Shown here piece after piece: positions 38,760 to 49,446 of a stretch of DNA of 64,000 bases. Below the pieces are notes generated by a model. That model ran no database searches. It worked only from the letters and a program-made list of their open reading frames with translations, and was not told where the DNA came from. Location: positions 2,208,001 to 2,272,000 of the forward strand of contig CBDCWG010000012.1 in NCBI GenBank assembly GCA_965223345.1, written 5' to 3'. The first letter of the stretch is position 1. The number at the start of each line of letters is the position of its first letter. The DNA is from Nitrospinales bacterium (GTDB taxonomy: Bacteria > Nitrospinota > Nitrospinia > Nitrospinales > VA-1). A program made the translations under genes and the position numbers.

Positions 38760-39184
38760 TCGGAATCCTTGATGCGGCCGTCCTCGGTGAACGACCAGAA
38801 AGGGTTCCAGGACACTTCCCAGGGATGGCCGTCCGGATCGGCGAAGCAGCCCGAGTAGCCGCCCCATGCGTTCTTTTCGCCGCTTTTCAGCAGCGTGGCG
38901 TCGGCCCTTTGCGCTTCCTCAAGGATTCGGTCCACGTCGCTGCGCTCCCGCACGTTGAAGGCCAGCACGATGCCGCCGAAACCGGTGAGTTGATGCGGCA
39001 GGTGGATGTCCTTTGCCAGCTTGTCCCAGGGGATCAGGCTGAAAACCGTGCCGCCGGCGTGGAAGAAGATGAAATCCTTTCTGCTCTCGGGAGAGGGCTT
39101 CCAGCCCAGCCCCTCCTCGTAGAACCGGCGCGCCCGTTCCAGATCCGCGACACCCAGGGTCACACCGTGGATTCTCTGCTGCAT
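38756..39184 (-). CDS. VOC/glyoxalase family protein
   Basis: VTLGVADLERARRFYE and WGGYSGCFADPDGHPWEV. Confidence 0.92.
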   Translation of the reverse strand: MQQRIHGVTLGVADLERARRFYEEGLGWKPSPESRKDFIFFHAGGTVFSLIPWDKLAKDIHLPHQLTGFGGIVLAFNVRERSDVDRILEEAQRADATLLKSGEKNAWGGYSGCFADPDGHPWEVSWNPFWSFTEDGRIKDSD

Positions 39185-39215
39185 GCCGTTTCCTTCCTGC
39201 GCGGGGGGCGCACCG

Positions 39216-40970
39216 TCAGCGGTCGAAACCGGAGACCAGCACTTCCCGGTTGTAGGTGGCGACCACGTCCCCACGGTTGATCATGCCGATGACTTTTTTC
39301 GAATCGTCGGTTTTCACCACCGGCAGCTGCTCCACGTCTAGCTTGGCGAACATCTCCATTGCCTCGTTGAGGTTGTTGTCCGGCAACAGCACCATGACCT
39401 TTTTGGTGGACAGCTCGCTGGCGATGACGAGATCCTCCAGCCCTTCTTCAAAAATCATCTCGCGGATGTCGTTGAAGGACAGGACGCTGGTCATGTCGCC
39501 TTCGCGGTTGATGACGGGGAAATAAAAGTTCTTGGAATAGGAGATGGTCTCGAGAATTTTGCGGAACGGCATCTCCTCGGAGATGGTCGTCACTTCCGTG
39601 CGCATCACATCCTTCACCTTGATGTTGTTGAGGATGGAGGTCTCGCGCCCATGTTCGATGTTGATGCCTTTGTTCAAAAGGTACTGCATGTAGATCGAAT
39701 GCTTGCCGAAGGCCCGGTAGGTGTAGGCCGAAACGATGCCGGTGACCATGATGGGCAGGATCAGCGTGTAGTCGTTGGTCAGTTCGAACAGCATGATGAT
39801 GTTGGTGAGCGGCGCCTGCATGACCGCGCCGGCGACCGCGCCCATGCCCACCACGGCGTAGGTGGCGGCGGTGGCGGTCCAGTCCGGAAACAGCATGTGG
39901 ACGCCGCTGCCGAAAGCGGTGCCCACCATCGCGCCGATGAAGAGGGACGGCGCGAAAATGCCTCCCAGTCCGCCGGAGCCCAGCGTGACCGAGGTCGAGA
40001 GCATTTTCATGAAGATGAGAACCAGCGCCAACCCCCAGAACATCTCTCCGGTCAGGGCTTTTTCCATGGCCTCGTAACCGTTGCCCAGAATTTCCGGCAG
40101 GAAGATGGAAACCATGCCCACCAGAAACCCGCCCAGCGCCGGCCGGGCGATCGGCGAAACGGTGAGCTTCTCTTCGAAGGTGTTGCGGGCGTAAAAATAG
40201 ATCCAGACGAACAACCGCGCCGCCAGTCCGCACAGCACGCCCAGGATGAGGTAAAACAGGATTTCGTTGTAGCTGACCAGCCGATGATATGGGACTTGAA
40301 AGGTGATCTCGTTGCCTTCCAGGGCGCGGCCGGTCACGGTTCCGATAACCGATGCGATGATGATCGGGCTGAAAGTGTGGATGGTGAAATCGCCGAGGAT
40401 GATCTCCAGGGCGAACAGGACCCCCGCCAGCGGGGCGTTGAACGAGGCGGCGATGCCCGCGGCGGCGCCGCAGCCGACCAGCACCTGAATGCGCTCCGAA
40501 GACAGGCGGAACAGGGAGCCGATCGCCGAGCCCACGGCGGAGCCGATCTGCACGGTCGGGCCCTCCCGGCCGGCGGAGCCGCCCGATCCGATGGTGATGG
40601 CCGAGGTGGTGGCGCAGCTCACGATGGTGCGCTTGCGGATCTTGCCGCCGTTGAGAGCCACCGCTTTCATGACGTTGTGGACGCCGTTTTCCTTGACGGC
40701 GTTGGGGAAATAATGGCAGATCCAGCCGATCAGCCAGCCCCCCAGCATGGGCATGAAGGGCAGGAGAAACGGGAACAGGATCGGCGAAACCCCAATCAAA
40801 GACAGGCCTTTTCCGGAAAACAGCGCCCCCACGAAGTCAATCATCCAACGGAACACCGTCGAGGCGAAACCGGCCAGGAAGCCGATCAGCGCGGCCAGCA
40901 GCAGCAGGTTGTGGTCCTTGGTGAGAAAATCCCGGACCCAGCCTCGAATTTGCTCTTTTTTCGATTGCAT
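39216..40970 (-). CDS. ClC-family anion channel/antiporter with a CBS pair
   Basis: GGSAGREGP, FNAPLAG, GGIFAPSL, SIY and C-terminal CBS domains. Confidence 0.93.
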   Translation of the reverse strand: MQSKKEQIRGWVRDFLTKDHNLLLLAALIGFLAGFASTVFRWMIDFVGALFSGKGLSLIGVSPILFPFLLPFMPMLGGWLIGWICHYFPNAVKENGVHNVMKAVALNGGKIRKRTIVSCATTSAITIGSGGSAGREGPTVQIGSAVGSAIGSLFRLSSERIQVLVGCGAAAGIAASFNAPLAGVLFALEIILGDFTIHTFSPIIIASVIGTVTGRALEGNEITFQVPYHRLVSYNEILFYLILGVLCGLAARLFVWIYFYARNTFEEKLTVSPIARPALGGFLVGMVSIFLPEILGNGYEAMEKALTGEMFWGLALVLIFMKMLSTSVTLGSGGLGGIFAPSLFIGAMVGTAFGSGVHMLFPDWTATAATYAVVGMGAVAGAVMQAPLTNIIMLFELTNDYTLILPIMVTGIVSAYTYRAFGKHSIYMQYLLNKGINIEHGRETSILNNIKVKDVMRTEVTTISEEMPFRKILETISYSKNFYFPVINREGDMTSVLSFNDIREMIFEEGLEDLVIASELSTKKVMVLLPDNNLNEAMEMFAKLDVEQLPVVKTDDSKKVIGMINRGDVVATYNREVLVSGFDR

Positions 40971-41180
40971 TGGATTGATTTTAAAGGGTGAACTTGATTC
41001 TTTCATTATAAAGAAACTGCGCCCGGATGGCCAGTGCGCTCCGCCAAGTCGTTTCAAAGAAAGCGGCTTTCAGCGCCCGGACCCCCGATATTTGCTTACC
41101 ATAATTCGATGTCGTTGTGTTATTCTCAACGGCGATTTTTGCGGTGAACGTGGTGCCCAATGACCCAACAGGAGCCTGAA

Positions 41181-41828
41181 ATGGTAAAAATAGCCCCTTC
41201 GATCCTTTCGGCGGATTTCAGCAAACTGGGCGATGAAATCAAAGCGGTGGAGCAGGCCGGCGCGGATTGGATCCATGTGGATGTGATGGACGGGCATTTC
41301 GTCCCCAATATAACGATCGGTCCCGGCGTGATCGCGGACATCCGCAAGGTGACCGAACTGCCTCTGGACGTGCACCTGATGATCGAGGATCCGGACCGGT
41401 ATATCAAGGATTTTGCCGAGGCGGGGGCGGATATCCTGACGGTGCATGTGGAGGCCTGCCGGCATCTGAACCGGACGCTGCATTACATCAAGGAGCAGCA
41501 GGTGCGGGCGGGCGTGGTGCTGAACCCGGCGACGCCGCTTTCCAGCCTGGAAGAGGTGCTGCACGAGATCGACATGGTGCTCTTGATGTCGGTCAACCCG
41601 GGCTTCGGGGGGCAGGAATTCATCTCCTCTCTGCTGGACAAAACCCTCAACCTCAAGGAGATCATGGAGCACTACGAGCACGAATTCGATCTCGAGGTGG
41701 ACGGCGGCATCAAGCCGGACAACGCCGCCGATATCAAAGGGGCCGGGGCCAACGTGCTGGTGGCCGGCTCGGCCATATTCGGAAGCGGCGACTACAACAA
41801 GGCCATCCAGGCTCTGCGCGAGGTCTGA
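41181..41828 (+). CDS. rpe: Ribulose-phosphate 3-epimerase
   Basis: [32 protein letters not shown] and EVDGG. Confidence 0.98.
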   Translation: MVKIAPSILSADFSKLGDEIKAVEQAGADWIHVDVMDGHFVPNITIGPGVIADIRKVTELPLDVHLMIEDPDRYIKDFAEAGADILTVHVEACRHLNRTLHYIKEQQVRAGVVLNPATPLSSLEEVLHEIDMVLLMSVNPGFGGQEFISSLLDKTLNLKEIMEHYEHEFDLEVDGGIKPDNAADIKGAGANVLVAGSAIFGSGDYNKAIQALREV

Positions 41829-42112
41829 GCCGCGACCGCCTTCCCACACCGCTTGCTTTTCCCCCGATTTTCAGAGCGTTTTTTCCAACCTTTTGGGGAG
41901 CGCCCACCGTTCGGATGGTCTTGCCGCTGTTCCCCATTCCTATAATTTCAGGGCGCCGGCCGGGTGCGCGCGCCGGGGGTTATTTCCCTTGTATTCTCCG
42001 GTGGAATCACGCTACACTGACCCCACTTTTGAAAATTTCTTTTTTTAACAGATAATTACAGGAACACACTTCCTTTTTGCAATAATCGGAATTTTTTCGG
42101 AGGGTATGGACC

Positions 42113-42490
42113 ATGATGGGAATCGGATTTCCGGAATTGATGATCATTTTGGTGATCATCATGATCATCTTCGGCGCGGGCAAGTTGCCCGAGATCGGCA
42201 GCGCTTTCGGACGCAGCATCAAGAATTTCAAATCGTCCATGAAAGAGGCGGAAGCGGAAGATGAAGCGGCGGCCAAGACGGACGATCCCGCAGCGATCGA
42301 GCAGGGAAGCGGCCCATCCGAGGATGATGCCAATCTGAGCGAGGAAGAAAAAGAAGCGCTGGCGCGCAAAAAAGCTCAGGAAGAGGGCGAGGCCAAAGAC
42401 AAGGCCATGAAAGAAACCGCCGATGCGTTCACCTCCTCGTTGCCGAGGAAGGGTTCCTACGATTACTCCAAGGATCAGGAAAAAAGCTGA
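42113..42490 (+). CDS. tatA: Twin-arginine translocase TatA
   Basis: [38 protein letters not shown]. Confidence 0.95.
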   Translation: MMGIGFPELMIILVIIMIIFGAGKLPEIGSAFGRSIKNFKSSMKEAEAEDEAAAKTDDPAAIEQGSGPSEDDANLSEEEKEALARKKAQEEGEAKDKAMKETADAFTSSLPRKGSYDYSKDQEKS

Positions 42491-42578
42491 TCCTCCGCTT
42501 TGAGGCCGCGTGAGGCGATTGCCCGGCCGTCCCGATGAGCGGCGGCGGGGATGATCCGCGCGGTCCGGCTGCCGTTTC

Positions 42579-42890
42579 TCAGTACGACCAGGGTTCCTTG
42601 AGGTTGTCCACCGTCCACACCGTCAGGCCGTCCACGTCTTTATAGATTCCACCCGTGAAAAAGTTGAACGGATCGAAAAACCGGATGCCCTTTTCCGGGT
42701 CCAGTTCGAAGTTCACTTTGTCTTTCTGCACGTCGTTGCTTTTGCATTCCAGGAATTTCTCACCGTCCACTTCCGACAGCTTGAAGATCTCCTCGATCTT
42801 ATCGGGAGAATAGTCTTCCGTTTCGACCACGACTTTCACTTTTTCCATGATGCTGTCCACGGTTTCCCTGGACAGGTGGTGCATCTTCAT
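42579..42890 (-). CDS. Hypothetical protein
   Basis: 103-aa acidic ORF with host-like codon usage; no motif recognised. Confidence 0.65.
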   Translation of the reverse strand: MKMHHLSRETVDSIMEKVKVVVETEDYSPDKIEEIFKLSEVDGEKFLECKSNDVQKDKVNFELDPEKGIRFFDPFNFFTGGIYKDVDGLTVWTVDNLKEPWSY

Positions 42891-43037
42891 AGCTTCACCG
42901 ACGATTGCTGGTTTTCGATGGACTCCACCGGTACGGTAAAAAAATTATACCGCAAAAACGGCTGCGGCTGAAGGTTTCGCAACGGGAATTGTGCCGGAAC
43001 TGGCATGGCGGCTTCCTGCCGCCGAAGCGGCCTGGGC

Positions 43038-44492
43038 TCAGTGCTGGGCCAGCGAGAGGATCGGGTCCGGGAAGATCCCGAGCTCGATGGTGCCGATGAC
43101 GGCCAGGGCGACGACGAACAGGGTCATGGGGGAGGGGGCGATCTTGAATTCGGCCACGGGCTCCTTCATGTACATGTACACGACGACCTTCAGGTAGTAG
43201 TAAAACGAGATGGCGCTGTTCAGGACGGCGATGATCACCAGATACAGGTAGCCTTCCTGCAGGGCGGCGTTGAAGATGTAGAACTTAGCCACAAATCCCG
43301 CGAACGGCGGCAGCCCGCCGAGAGACAGCAGGAAGATGGTCATCGAAAGCGCCAGCACCGGGTGCTTGTAGGCGAGGCCCGAGTAGTTTTCGATTTCCAG
43401 GTTCTCGTTGCCGGAACGCCCGAGCAGGATGATGATGCCGAAGGTGCCGAACACCATGAAGGCGTAGGCCAGCATGTAAAACAGCAGGCTCGCCATGCCC
43501 AGGGAGTTTTTCGCGATGACGGCGATCAGGATGTAGCCGACGTGCGACACGCTGGAATAGGCCAGAAGCCGCTTGATGTTGGTCTGCACGATGGCGCCGA
43601 AGTTGCCCACGAACATGGTGAGCACGGCGACGATGTAGAGCAGGGTTTCCCAGGAGTCCGCCATTTCCGGCATGGTTTCCGCGAACACGCGGAAGAACGC
43701 GGCGAAGGCCGCGGCCTTGGGGCCCACCGCCATGAACGCCGTCACCGGCGAGGGAGCGCCCTGGTACACATCCGGCGCCCACATGTGAAACGGCACCGAG
43801 GCCACCTTGAAACCGAAGCCGATGACCAGGAGCACCACGCCGAGCAGCATGATGGGCTTGGTCTCCACATCGGTGGTTTTGATCAGCTCCGCGATTTTCG
43901 GCAGGTTCGTGGTGCCGGTCGCGCCGTACATGAGGGCCATGCCGTACAGCAGGAAACCGGTCGCGAACGCCCCGAGCAGAAAATACTTGAGCGCCGCCTC
44001 GTTGGACTTGGTGTCGTTCCTGCGGATTCCCGCCAGCACGTACAGGCAGATCGAAACGATCTCGATGCCGAGGAAGATCATGATGAAATCCGACGAGGAG
44101 GCCAAGAGGATCATGCCCACGGTGCAGAACAGGATGAGCGCGTAATACTCGCCCGCATTGATGCCTTCCCGCTCGTTGAAATCGATGGAGATCAGGATCG
44201 CCAGCGCCGAACTCATGGTGAAGATGATGATGAAGAATACGGAAAGGTGGTCCACCACGTAGCTGTCGTTGAACGAATAGACCGGCCATCCGACTTTGGC
44301 GAAGGCGCTGACAGCGGTCATCAGCAGGCCCACCAGGCTGACGAACACCAGGATGGATTTGTTTTTGCCTCCGAACAGATCGAGAACCAGCACGGCCATG
44401 GCGAAGACGCTCAGCACCAGTACCGGTGCGAGGCTGATCAGATCGATGGATTCGGGCATCGGGATCGGTGCCAGGGTCGTGTTCTCTTTCAT
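43038..44492 (-). CDS. nuoN: NADH-quinone oxidoreductase subunit N
   Basis: EAALKYF, FKVASVPFHMWAPDVYQGAP, KRLLAYSS and LGGLPP. Confidence 0.96.
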   Translation of the reverse strand: MKENTTLAPIPMPESIDLISLAPVLVLSVFAMAVLVLDLFGGKNKSILVFVSLVGLLMTAVSAFAKVGWPVYSFNDSYVVDHLSVFFIIIFTMSSALAILISIDFNEREGINAGEYYALILFCTVGMILLASSSDFIMIFLGIEIVSICLYVLAGIRRNDTKSNEAALKYFLLGAFATGFLLYGMALMYGATGTTNLPKIAELIKTTDVETKPIMLLGVVLLVIGFGFKVASVPFHMWAPDVYQGAPSPVTAFMAVGPKAAAFAAFFRVFAETMPEMADSWETLLYIVAVLTMFVGNFGAIVQTNIKRLLAYSSVSHVGYILIAVIAKNSLGMASLLFYMLAYAFMVFGTFGIIILLGRSGNENLEIENYSGLAYKHPVLALSMTIFLLSLGGLPPFAGFVAKFYIFNAALQEGYLYLVIIAVLNSAISFYYYLKVVVYMYMKEPVAEFKIAPSPMTLFVVALAVIGTIELGIFPDPILSLAQH

Positions 44493-44493
44493 A

Positions 44494-46062
44494 TCAGCGT
44501 TTGCCCCCAAGCTCTTCGTTCAACTTGGCGATGTCCCCTTGTTTGATCAGAGCCGCGTGGTGGTCTTTCTGCTGCTTGGGCCGGAAATTGTCCGGCGAAA
44601 CCCTGGTCAGCAGATGCGAGACCGAAGCGTCGAAGGTTTTCATGAACGGTTTCGGGTACAGCCCGATCCAGAATATGAGGACGATGAGCGGAGCCATGGT
44701 GATGTGCTCCCGGATATTCATGTCCTTGAGATTCATGTTTTTGGGATTCTTCAATTCCTGGAACATCACGCGCTGGAACATCCACAGGATGTAGCAGGCC
44801 GCAAAGATGACGCCGCTGGTGGCGCAGGCCGCCCAGATGCCATCGACCTGAAAGATGCCGAGCAGGATCAGAAATTCGCCCACGAACCCGTTCATGCCCG
44901 GAAGCCCGATCGAAGACAGGGCGACGATCATGAAACAGATGGCGTACTGCGGCATCTGCTTGGACAGGCCGCCGAATTCCGAGATCTCGCGTGTGTGCCT
45001 GCGGTCGTAGATCATGCCCACCAGAAGGAAGAGCGCGCCGGTGCTGATGCCGTGGTTGATGTTCTGCAACAGGGCGCCCTGCAGACCGTAGTGGTTGAGC
45101 GCGAAAATCCCCAGCATGACGAAGCCGAGATGGCTCACACTGGAATAGGCGACGAGTTTTTTCAGGTCCTTCTGCACCATGGAAACCCACGCGCCGTAGA
45201 CGATGCCGATGATGGACAGCCAGGCGATCATCGGCACGAACACGTTGGCGGCGTGCGGGAACAGGGGCAGATTGAAACGCAAAAATCCGTAGGTGCCCAT
45301 CTTGAGCAGCACACCCGCCAGGATCACACTGCCGGCGGTGGGCGCTTCCACGTGCGCGTCCGGCAGCCAGGTGTGAAACGGGAACATGGGCACCTTGATG
45401 GCGAACGCAAGGAAAAACGCCAGGAAGAGCCATTTCTGGGTCGTCAGCGAGACGTCCAGCTTGTCGGTGATGTACAGCAGATCCGTGGTGGCGACGCCGG
45501 TCTGTTCTTTGATCAGGATGTAGATCCAGATGATGGCCACCAGCATCAACAGCGAGCCGACGGCGGTGTAGAGGAAGAACTTGACCGCGGCGTACACCCG
45601 GCGCGGGCCGCCCCAGACACCGATGATGATGTACATGGGAACGAGCTGGAATTCCCAGAACACGTAGAACAGGAAAAAGTCCAGCGCGATGAACACGCCG
45701 AGCATGCCGGTGGAGAGCGCCAGCATGGCCATCATGTATTCGCGGATGTGCTTTTTCACATCCCAGGAGGCGATGATGGAGATCAGCGTCAGGAACGTGG
45801 TCATCACGTACAGCAGCAGCGAGATGCCGTCGATGCCCACGTGGTAGCCGATGCCCCATTCGGTGATCCAGGGAACCGAATACTCGAACTGCATCTCGTG
45901 CGTGCTGTGGTCGAAACTCGCCCACAGTTGCAGCGACAGCAGAAAGTCCGCCGCGGCAAAGGCGACGGCCGTCTGTTTGATGGCGTCCACCTTGTCCTTC
46001 GGTATGAAGGCGAGGAGGACGGCGCCGATCAGCGGCAGAAATGTCAAAAAAGTGAGAAACAT
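44494..46062 (-). CDS. nuoM: NADH-quinone oxidoreductase subunit M
   Basis: FYVFWE, KVPMFPFHTWLPDAHVEAPT, LLKMGTYG and DLKKLVAYSS. Confidence 0.97.
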   Translation of the reverse strand: MFLTFLTFLPLIGAVLLAFIPKDKVDAIKQTAVAFAAADFLLSLQLWASFDHSTHEMQFEYSVPWITEWGIGYHVGIDGISLLLYVMTTFLTLISIIASWDVKKHIREYMMAMLALSTGMLGVFIALDFFLFYVFWEFQLVPMYIIIGVWGGPRRVYAAVKFFLYTAVGSLLMLVAIIWIYILIKEQTGVATTDLLYITDKLDVSLTTQKWLFLAFFLAFAIKVPMFPFHTWLPDAHVEAPTAGSVILAGVLLKMGTYGFLRFNLPLFPHAANVFVPMIAWLSIIGIVYGAWVSMVQKDLKKLVAYSSVSHLGFVMLGIFALNHYGLQGALLQNINHGISTGALFLLVGMIYDRRHTREISEFGGLSKQMPQYAICFMIVALSSIGLPGMNGFVGEFLILLGIFQVDGIWAACATSGVIFAACYILWMFQRVMFQELKNPKNMNLKDMNIREHITMAPLIVLIFWIGLYPKPFMKTFDASVSHLLTRVSPDNFRPKQQKDHHAALIKQGDIAKLNEELGGKR

Positions 46063-46068
46063 GATTCC

Positions 46069-48036
46069 TTAAAACATGACGATGAGCAGGCAGACGAATC
46101 CGACCACGATGAATAAGGCGTAATTGCGCACGAAACCGGACTGGAATATCTGTGCGCGCTTTGAAAACCAGCCGATGACTTTGGCCACGCCGTTGACCCC
46201 GCCGTCGATGCCCTTGGCGTCGGCCTCCGTCCACAGCAGCTCGGAGGTTTTGACGAGCGGTTTGACGATGGTCTCATCGTACAACTCATCCACATTGTAT
46301 TTGTTCTTCACCAGATCGTAGCCCCACTGACCTTCGGTGAGCTTGTCCGGAAGATCGGGCTTTTTGATGTAGAAAATATAGGCTGCGGAAATGCCGGTGA
46401 TGGCCACGACCACCGAGAGCAGCATCAGGCCGATCTCCGCTAAGACGTTGTGTTCCTTGTGCTCGAGATAGTGGCTCCAGTCGGGAGCGTGGCGTCCCAT
46501 CTCGTGCAGCATGTGCTCGGAATGGTGGATCGCTGCGGCCATGTCGAAATGCAGCACCGGTTCCAGCCAGTTGTGCAAGAGATGCCAGCCGTGGATCAGC
46601 GGGATGCCCAAAAGGCCGCCGAACACCGCGAGCCCGGCCAGGATGACGAGTGGCAGGGTCATGACTTTCGGCGATTCGTGCACGTGCACCGAGGGATCGA
46701 CGCGCGATTCCCCGTGGAAGGTCATGAACACCAGGCGGAACATATAGAACCCGGTCAACAAGGCTGCGGAAATGCCCATGCCCCAGACGATGATGTTGCC
46801 GTCCATCAGGGAGTGGTAAAGAATCTCGTCCTTACTGAAAAAGCCCGATAACGGCGGAATGCCGGCGATGGCCAGCGTCGAGATGAGAAACGTGATGTAG
46901 GTGATGGGCATGTGATCCTTGAGTGCGCCCATCTTACGCATGTCCTGCTCGCCTTCCATGCCGTGGATCACGCTGCCGGAGCCCAGAAAGAGGCAGGCCT
47001 TGAAGAACGCGTGCGTGATCATGTGGAAGATGGCGGCGGTGTAAGCGCCGACGCCGCAGGCCAGGAACATGTAGCCGATCTGGCTGCAGGTCGAGTAGGC
47101 CAGCACGCGCTTGATGTCGTTCTGCGCCATGCCGATGGTGGCGGCCATGACGGCGGTGCTGCCGCCGATGAAGGCGACGACCATCATGATGTCGGGCGCC
47201 ATGTTGAACAGCGGGTTGCAGCGCACCACCATGAACACGCCGGCGGTCACCATGGTCGCGGCGTGGATCAGGGCGCTGACCGGTGTCGGGCCTTCCATCG
47301 CATCCGGCAGCCAGGTGTAGAGCGGAATCTGCGCCGATTTGCCGGTCGCGCCGATGAACAGCAGCATGCAGATGATGTTGACCGCTTCGCTGGAGAAAAT
47401 CAGTTTTTCCGGCGCTTCGTGGAAGACCGTGGTGTAGTCGATGGAGCCGAAAATATTGAAGATGTACATGACCGCGAGCAGGAAGGCGAAGTCTCCCACG
47501 CGGTTGACGATGAACGCCTTGGTCCCCGCGTCGCAGGCGGATTTTTTCTCGAAATAGTAGCCGATCAGGAAATAGGAGCAGCAGCCGACGCCCTCCCAGC
47601 CGATGAACATGATGAGGAAGTTGTTGCCCATGACGAGCAGCAGCATCGCGAACATGAACAGGTTGAGGTAGGCGAAGAAGCGGTAGAAGCTGTACTCATC
47701 GTGCATGTAGCCGATGGAGTAGACGTGGATCAAAAAGCCGACGCCGGTGACGAAGGTCATCATGGTCAGCGACAGGGGATCGATCTGGAAACCGAAATCG
47801 ACCATGAAGTCCCCGGCGGCCATCCAGGTGAACAGCGACTGCTCGAACACGTGCTCGCCTTCGGGCAGCATGAAATAGCCGATGAGCACCAGCAGCGTCG
47901 TGATGAAAGAAAGCGCGACCGATCCGCAGGCGATGAAGCCGACAGCGCGTTTTCCGATTTTCAGCCCCCAGAATCCGTTGATGATCGAGCCGATCAGCGG
48001 GTACAGGGGGATCAGCCAGGTGAGCTTGAGCAGCAT
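46069..48036 (-). CDS. nuoL: NADH-quinone oxidoreductase subunit L
   Basis: GKSAQIPLYTWLPDAMEGPTPVSALIHAATMV and HAFFKA. Confidence 0.97.
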   Translation of the reverse strand: MLLKLTWLIPLYPLIGSIINGFWGLKIGKRAVGFIACGSVALSFITTLLVLIGYFMLPEGEHVFEQSLFTWMAAGDFMVDFGFQIDPLSLTMMTFVTGVGFLIHVYSIGYMHDEYSFYRFFAYLNLFMFAMLLLVMGNNFLIMFIGWEGVGCCSYFLIGYYFEKKSACDAGTKAFIVNRVGDFAFLLAVMYIFNIFGSIDYTTVFHEAPEKLIFSSEAVNIICMLLFIGATGKSAQIPLYTWLPDAMEGPTPVSALIHAATMVTAGVFMVVRCNPLFNMAPDIMMVVAFIGGSTAVMAATIGMAQNDIKRVLAYSTCSQIGYMFLACGVGAYTAAIFHMITHAFFKACLFLGSGSVIHGMEGEQDMRKMGALKDHMPITYITFLISTLAIAGIPPLSGFFSKDEILYHSLMDGNIIVWGMGISAALLTGFYMFRLVFMTFHGESRVDPSVHVHESPKVMTLPLVILAGLAVFGGLLGIPLIHGWHLLHNWLEPVLHFDMAAAIHHSEHMLHEMGRHAPDWSHYLEHKEHNVLAEIGLMLLSVVVAITGISAAYIFYIKKPDLPDKLTEGQWGYDLVKNKYNVDELYDETIVKPLVKTSELLWTEADAKGIDGGVNGVAKVIGWFSKRAQIFQSGFVRNYALFIVVGFVCLLIVMF

Positions 48037-48040
48037 GCGT

Positions 48041-48364
48041 CTACCATTTCATGATGTTGAATTCGTCAAGATTGACGGTCGGTTTGTTGCGGAACATGGC
48101 GATGATGATCGCAAGCCCGACCGAAACCTCGGCGGCGGCGACGCACATCACCATGAAGCTGAATATCTGACCGTCGTGCGCGTGCAAGTATTTGTCGAAC
48201 GCGATCAGCGAAATGTTCACCGCGTTGAGCATGATCTCGATACACATGAACACCACGATGGCGTTGCGGCGCACCATCACGCCCACCACGCCGATGGCGA
48301 ACAGCGTCGCGCTTAAAATCAGGTAATGCGAGAGCGGAACCATCCCACTCAAAAAATCGTCCAT
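48041..48364 (-). CDS. nuoK: NADH-quinone oxidoreductase subunit K
   Basis: [17 protein letters not shown] and [10 protein letters not shown]. Confidence 0.97.
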   Translation of the reverse strand: MDDFLSGMVPLSHYLILSATLFAIGVVGVMVRRNAIVVFMCIEIMLNAVNISLIAFDKYLHAHDGQIFSFMVMCVAAAEVSVGLAIIIAMFRNKPTVNLDEFNIMKW

Positions 48365-48366
48365 GA

Positions 48367-48876
48367 TCAGTCCAGTTTGGTTTTGGCCAGGACCACCGCG
48401 CCCACCATCGCCACCAGAAGCAGTATGGAGGCGACCTCAAACGGCAGCACGAAATCGGTGAACAGCGTTTCCCCCACCGCGGCCGCGGTCCCGAACGTTT
48501 CCGGCGGCGGCGTGGGATCCACGAATTCGTTGTCGGTGATGACGTCGATTCCCTTGTACAACCCGCCCACCGCGAGGATGGAAGCCAGCACCGTCAACAG
48601 GGTGTTTCTGTCCCGCACTTTCCACTTGCTGCTGGCGTCGCCCTTGAGATTCAAAAGCATGATGACGAACATGAACAGAACCATGATCGCACCCGCATAG
48701 ATGATGACCTGCAGGATGGCGATGAAATGCGCATGCTGCAGGACAAAAATCCCCGCCAGCGTCAGCATCATGCCGATCAGCGAGATGGCCGAGCCAATGG
48801 GGCTTTTGTTGATCACCACGGCGAGGGCGAAGCCCACGCACACGATGGCCATCGGGTAGAAGATCAGTAATTCCAT
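48367..48876 (-). CDS. nuoJ: NADH-quinone oxidoreductase subunit J
   Basis: [20 protein letters not shown] and [15 protein letters not shown]. Confidence 0.96.
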   Translation of the reverse strand: MELLIFYPMAIVCVGFALAVVINKSPIGSAISLIGMMLTLAGIFVLQHAHFIAILQVIIYAGAIMVLFMFVIMLLNLKGDASSKWKVRDRNTLLTVLASILAVGGLYKGIDVITDNEFVDPTPPPETFGTAAAVGETLFTDFVLPFEVASILLLVAMVGAVVLAKTKLD

Positions 48877-49433
48877 TTGGCGTACATCTTACGGGTGAAA
48901 TCGATCCGGTCCTGCAATTCGGCGACAGGGGTCAGCAATTGTTCCTTGTTGTACTTCATCTTCTTGCGGTCGAGCATCGAGATTTCGCAGTCGTCGCTCA
49001 TGAAGATCGCCTCTTCGGGGCAGGCTTCCTCACAGTTGCCGCAGAAGATACAGACCGCGTAGTCGATGGTGAACTCCTTCGGCCAGCGCTCCACCGAGTT
49101 CTGCTTGCCGCTGTTTTCCGCGGGTTCGATGTCGATGCAGTAGGCCGGACAGGCGATCTCGCACAACCCGCAGGCCACGCAGTAGGGCGTGCCGTCCTCT
49201 TTCATGGAAAGCACCGGCCGGCCGCGGTAGGCGATGGGATAATCGACGGTCTGTTCGGGATAATAAACGGTGAAGATTTCGCGTTCCTTCTTCCTTCCCA
49301 GGAAGAAGGGGATGAAACCCAGCATATTCAGAAAAAAGTGGCGGGAGGTGATACAGAGCCCGCGGATGATTTCCGGGATATAGGATCGCTCCCACCATGT
49401 CATCTTGACATTGCGGTTCACGTAGTAAGCCAT
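48864..49433 (-). CDS. nuoI: NADH-quinone oxidoreductase subunit I
   Basis: CVACGLCEIACP and CIFCGNCEEACP, the two [4Fe-4S] motifs. Confidence 0.95.
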   Translation of the reverse strand: MAYYVNRNVKMTWWERSYIPEIIRGLCITSRHFFLNMLGFIPFFLGRKKEREIFTVYYPEQTVDYPIAYRGRPVLSMKEDGTPYCVACGLCEIACPAYCIDIEPAENSGKQNSVERWPKEFTIDYAVCIFCGNCEEACPEEAIFMSDDCEISMLDRKKMKYNKEQLLTPVAELQDRIDFTRKMYAKWNY

Positions 49434-49446
49434 GGCAGATTCCTTA

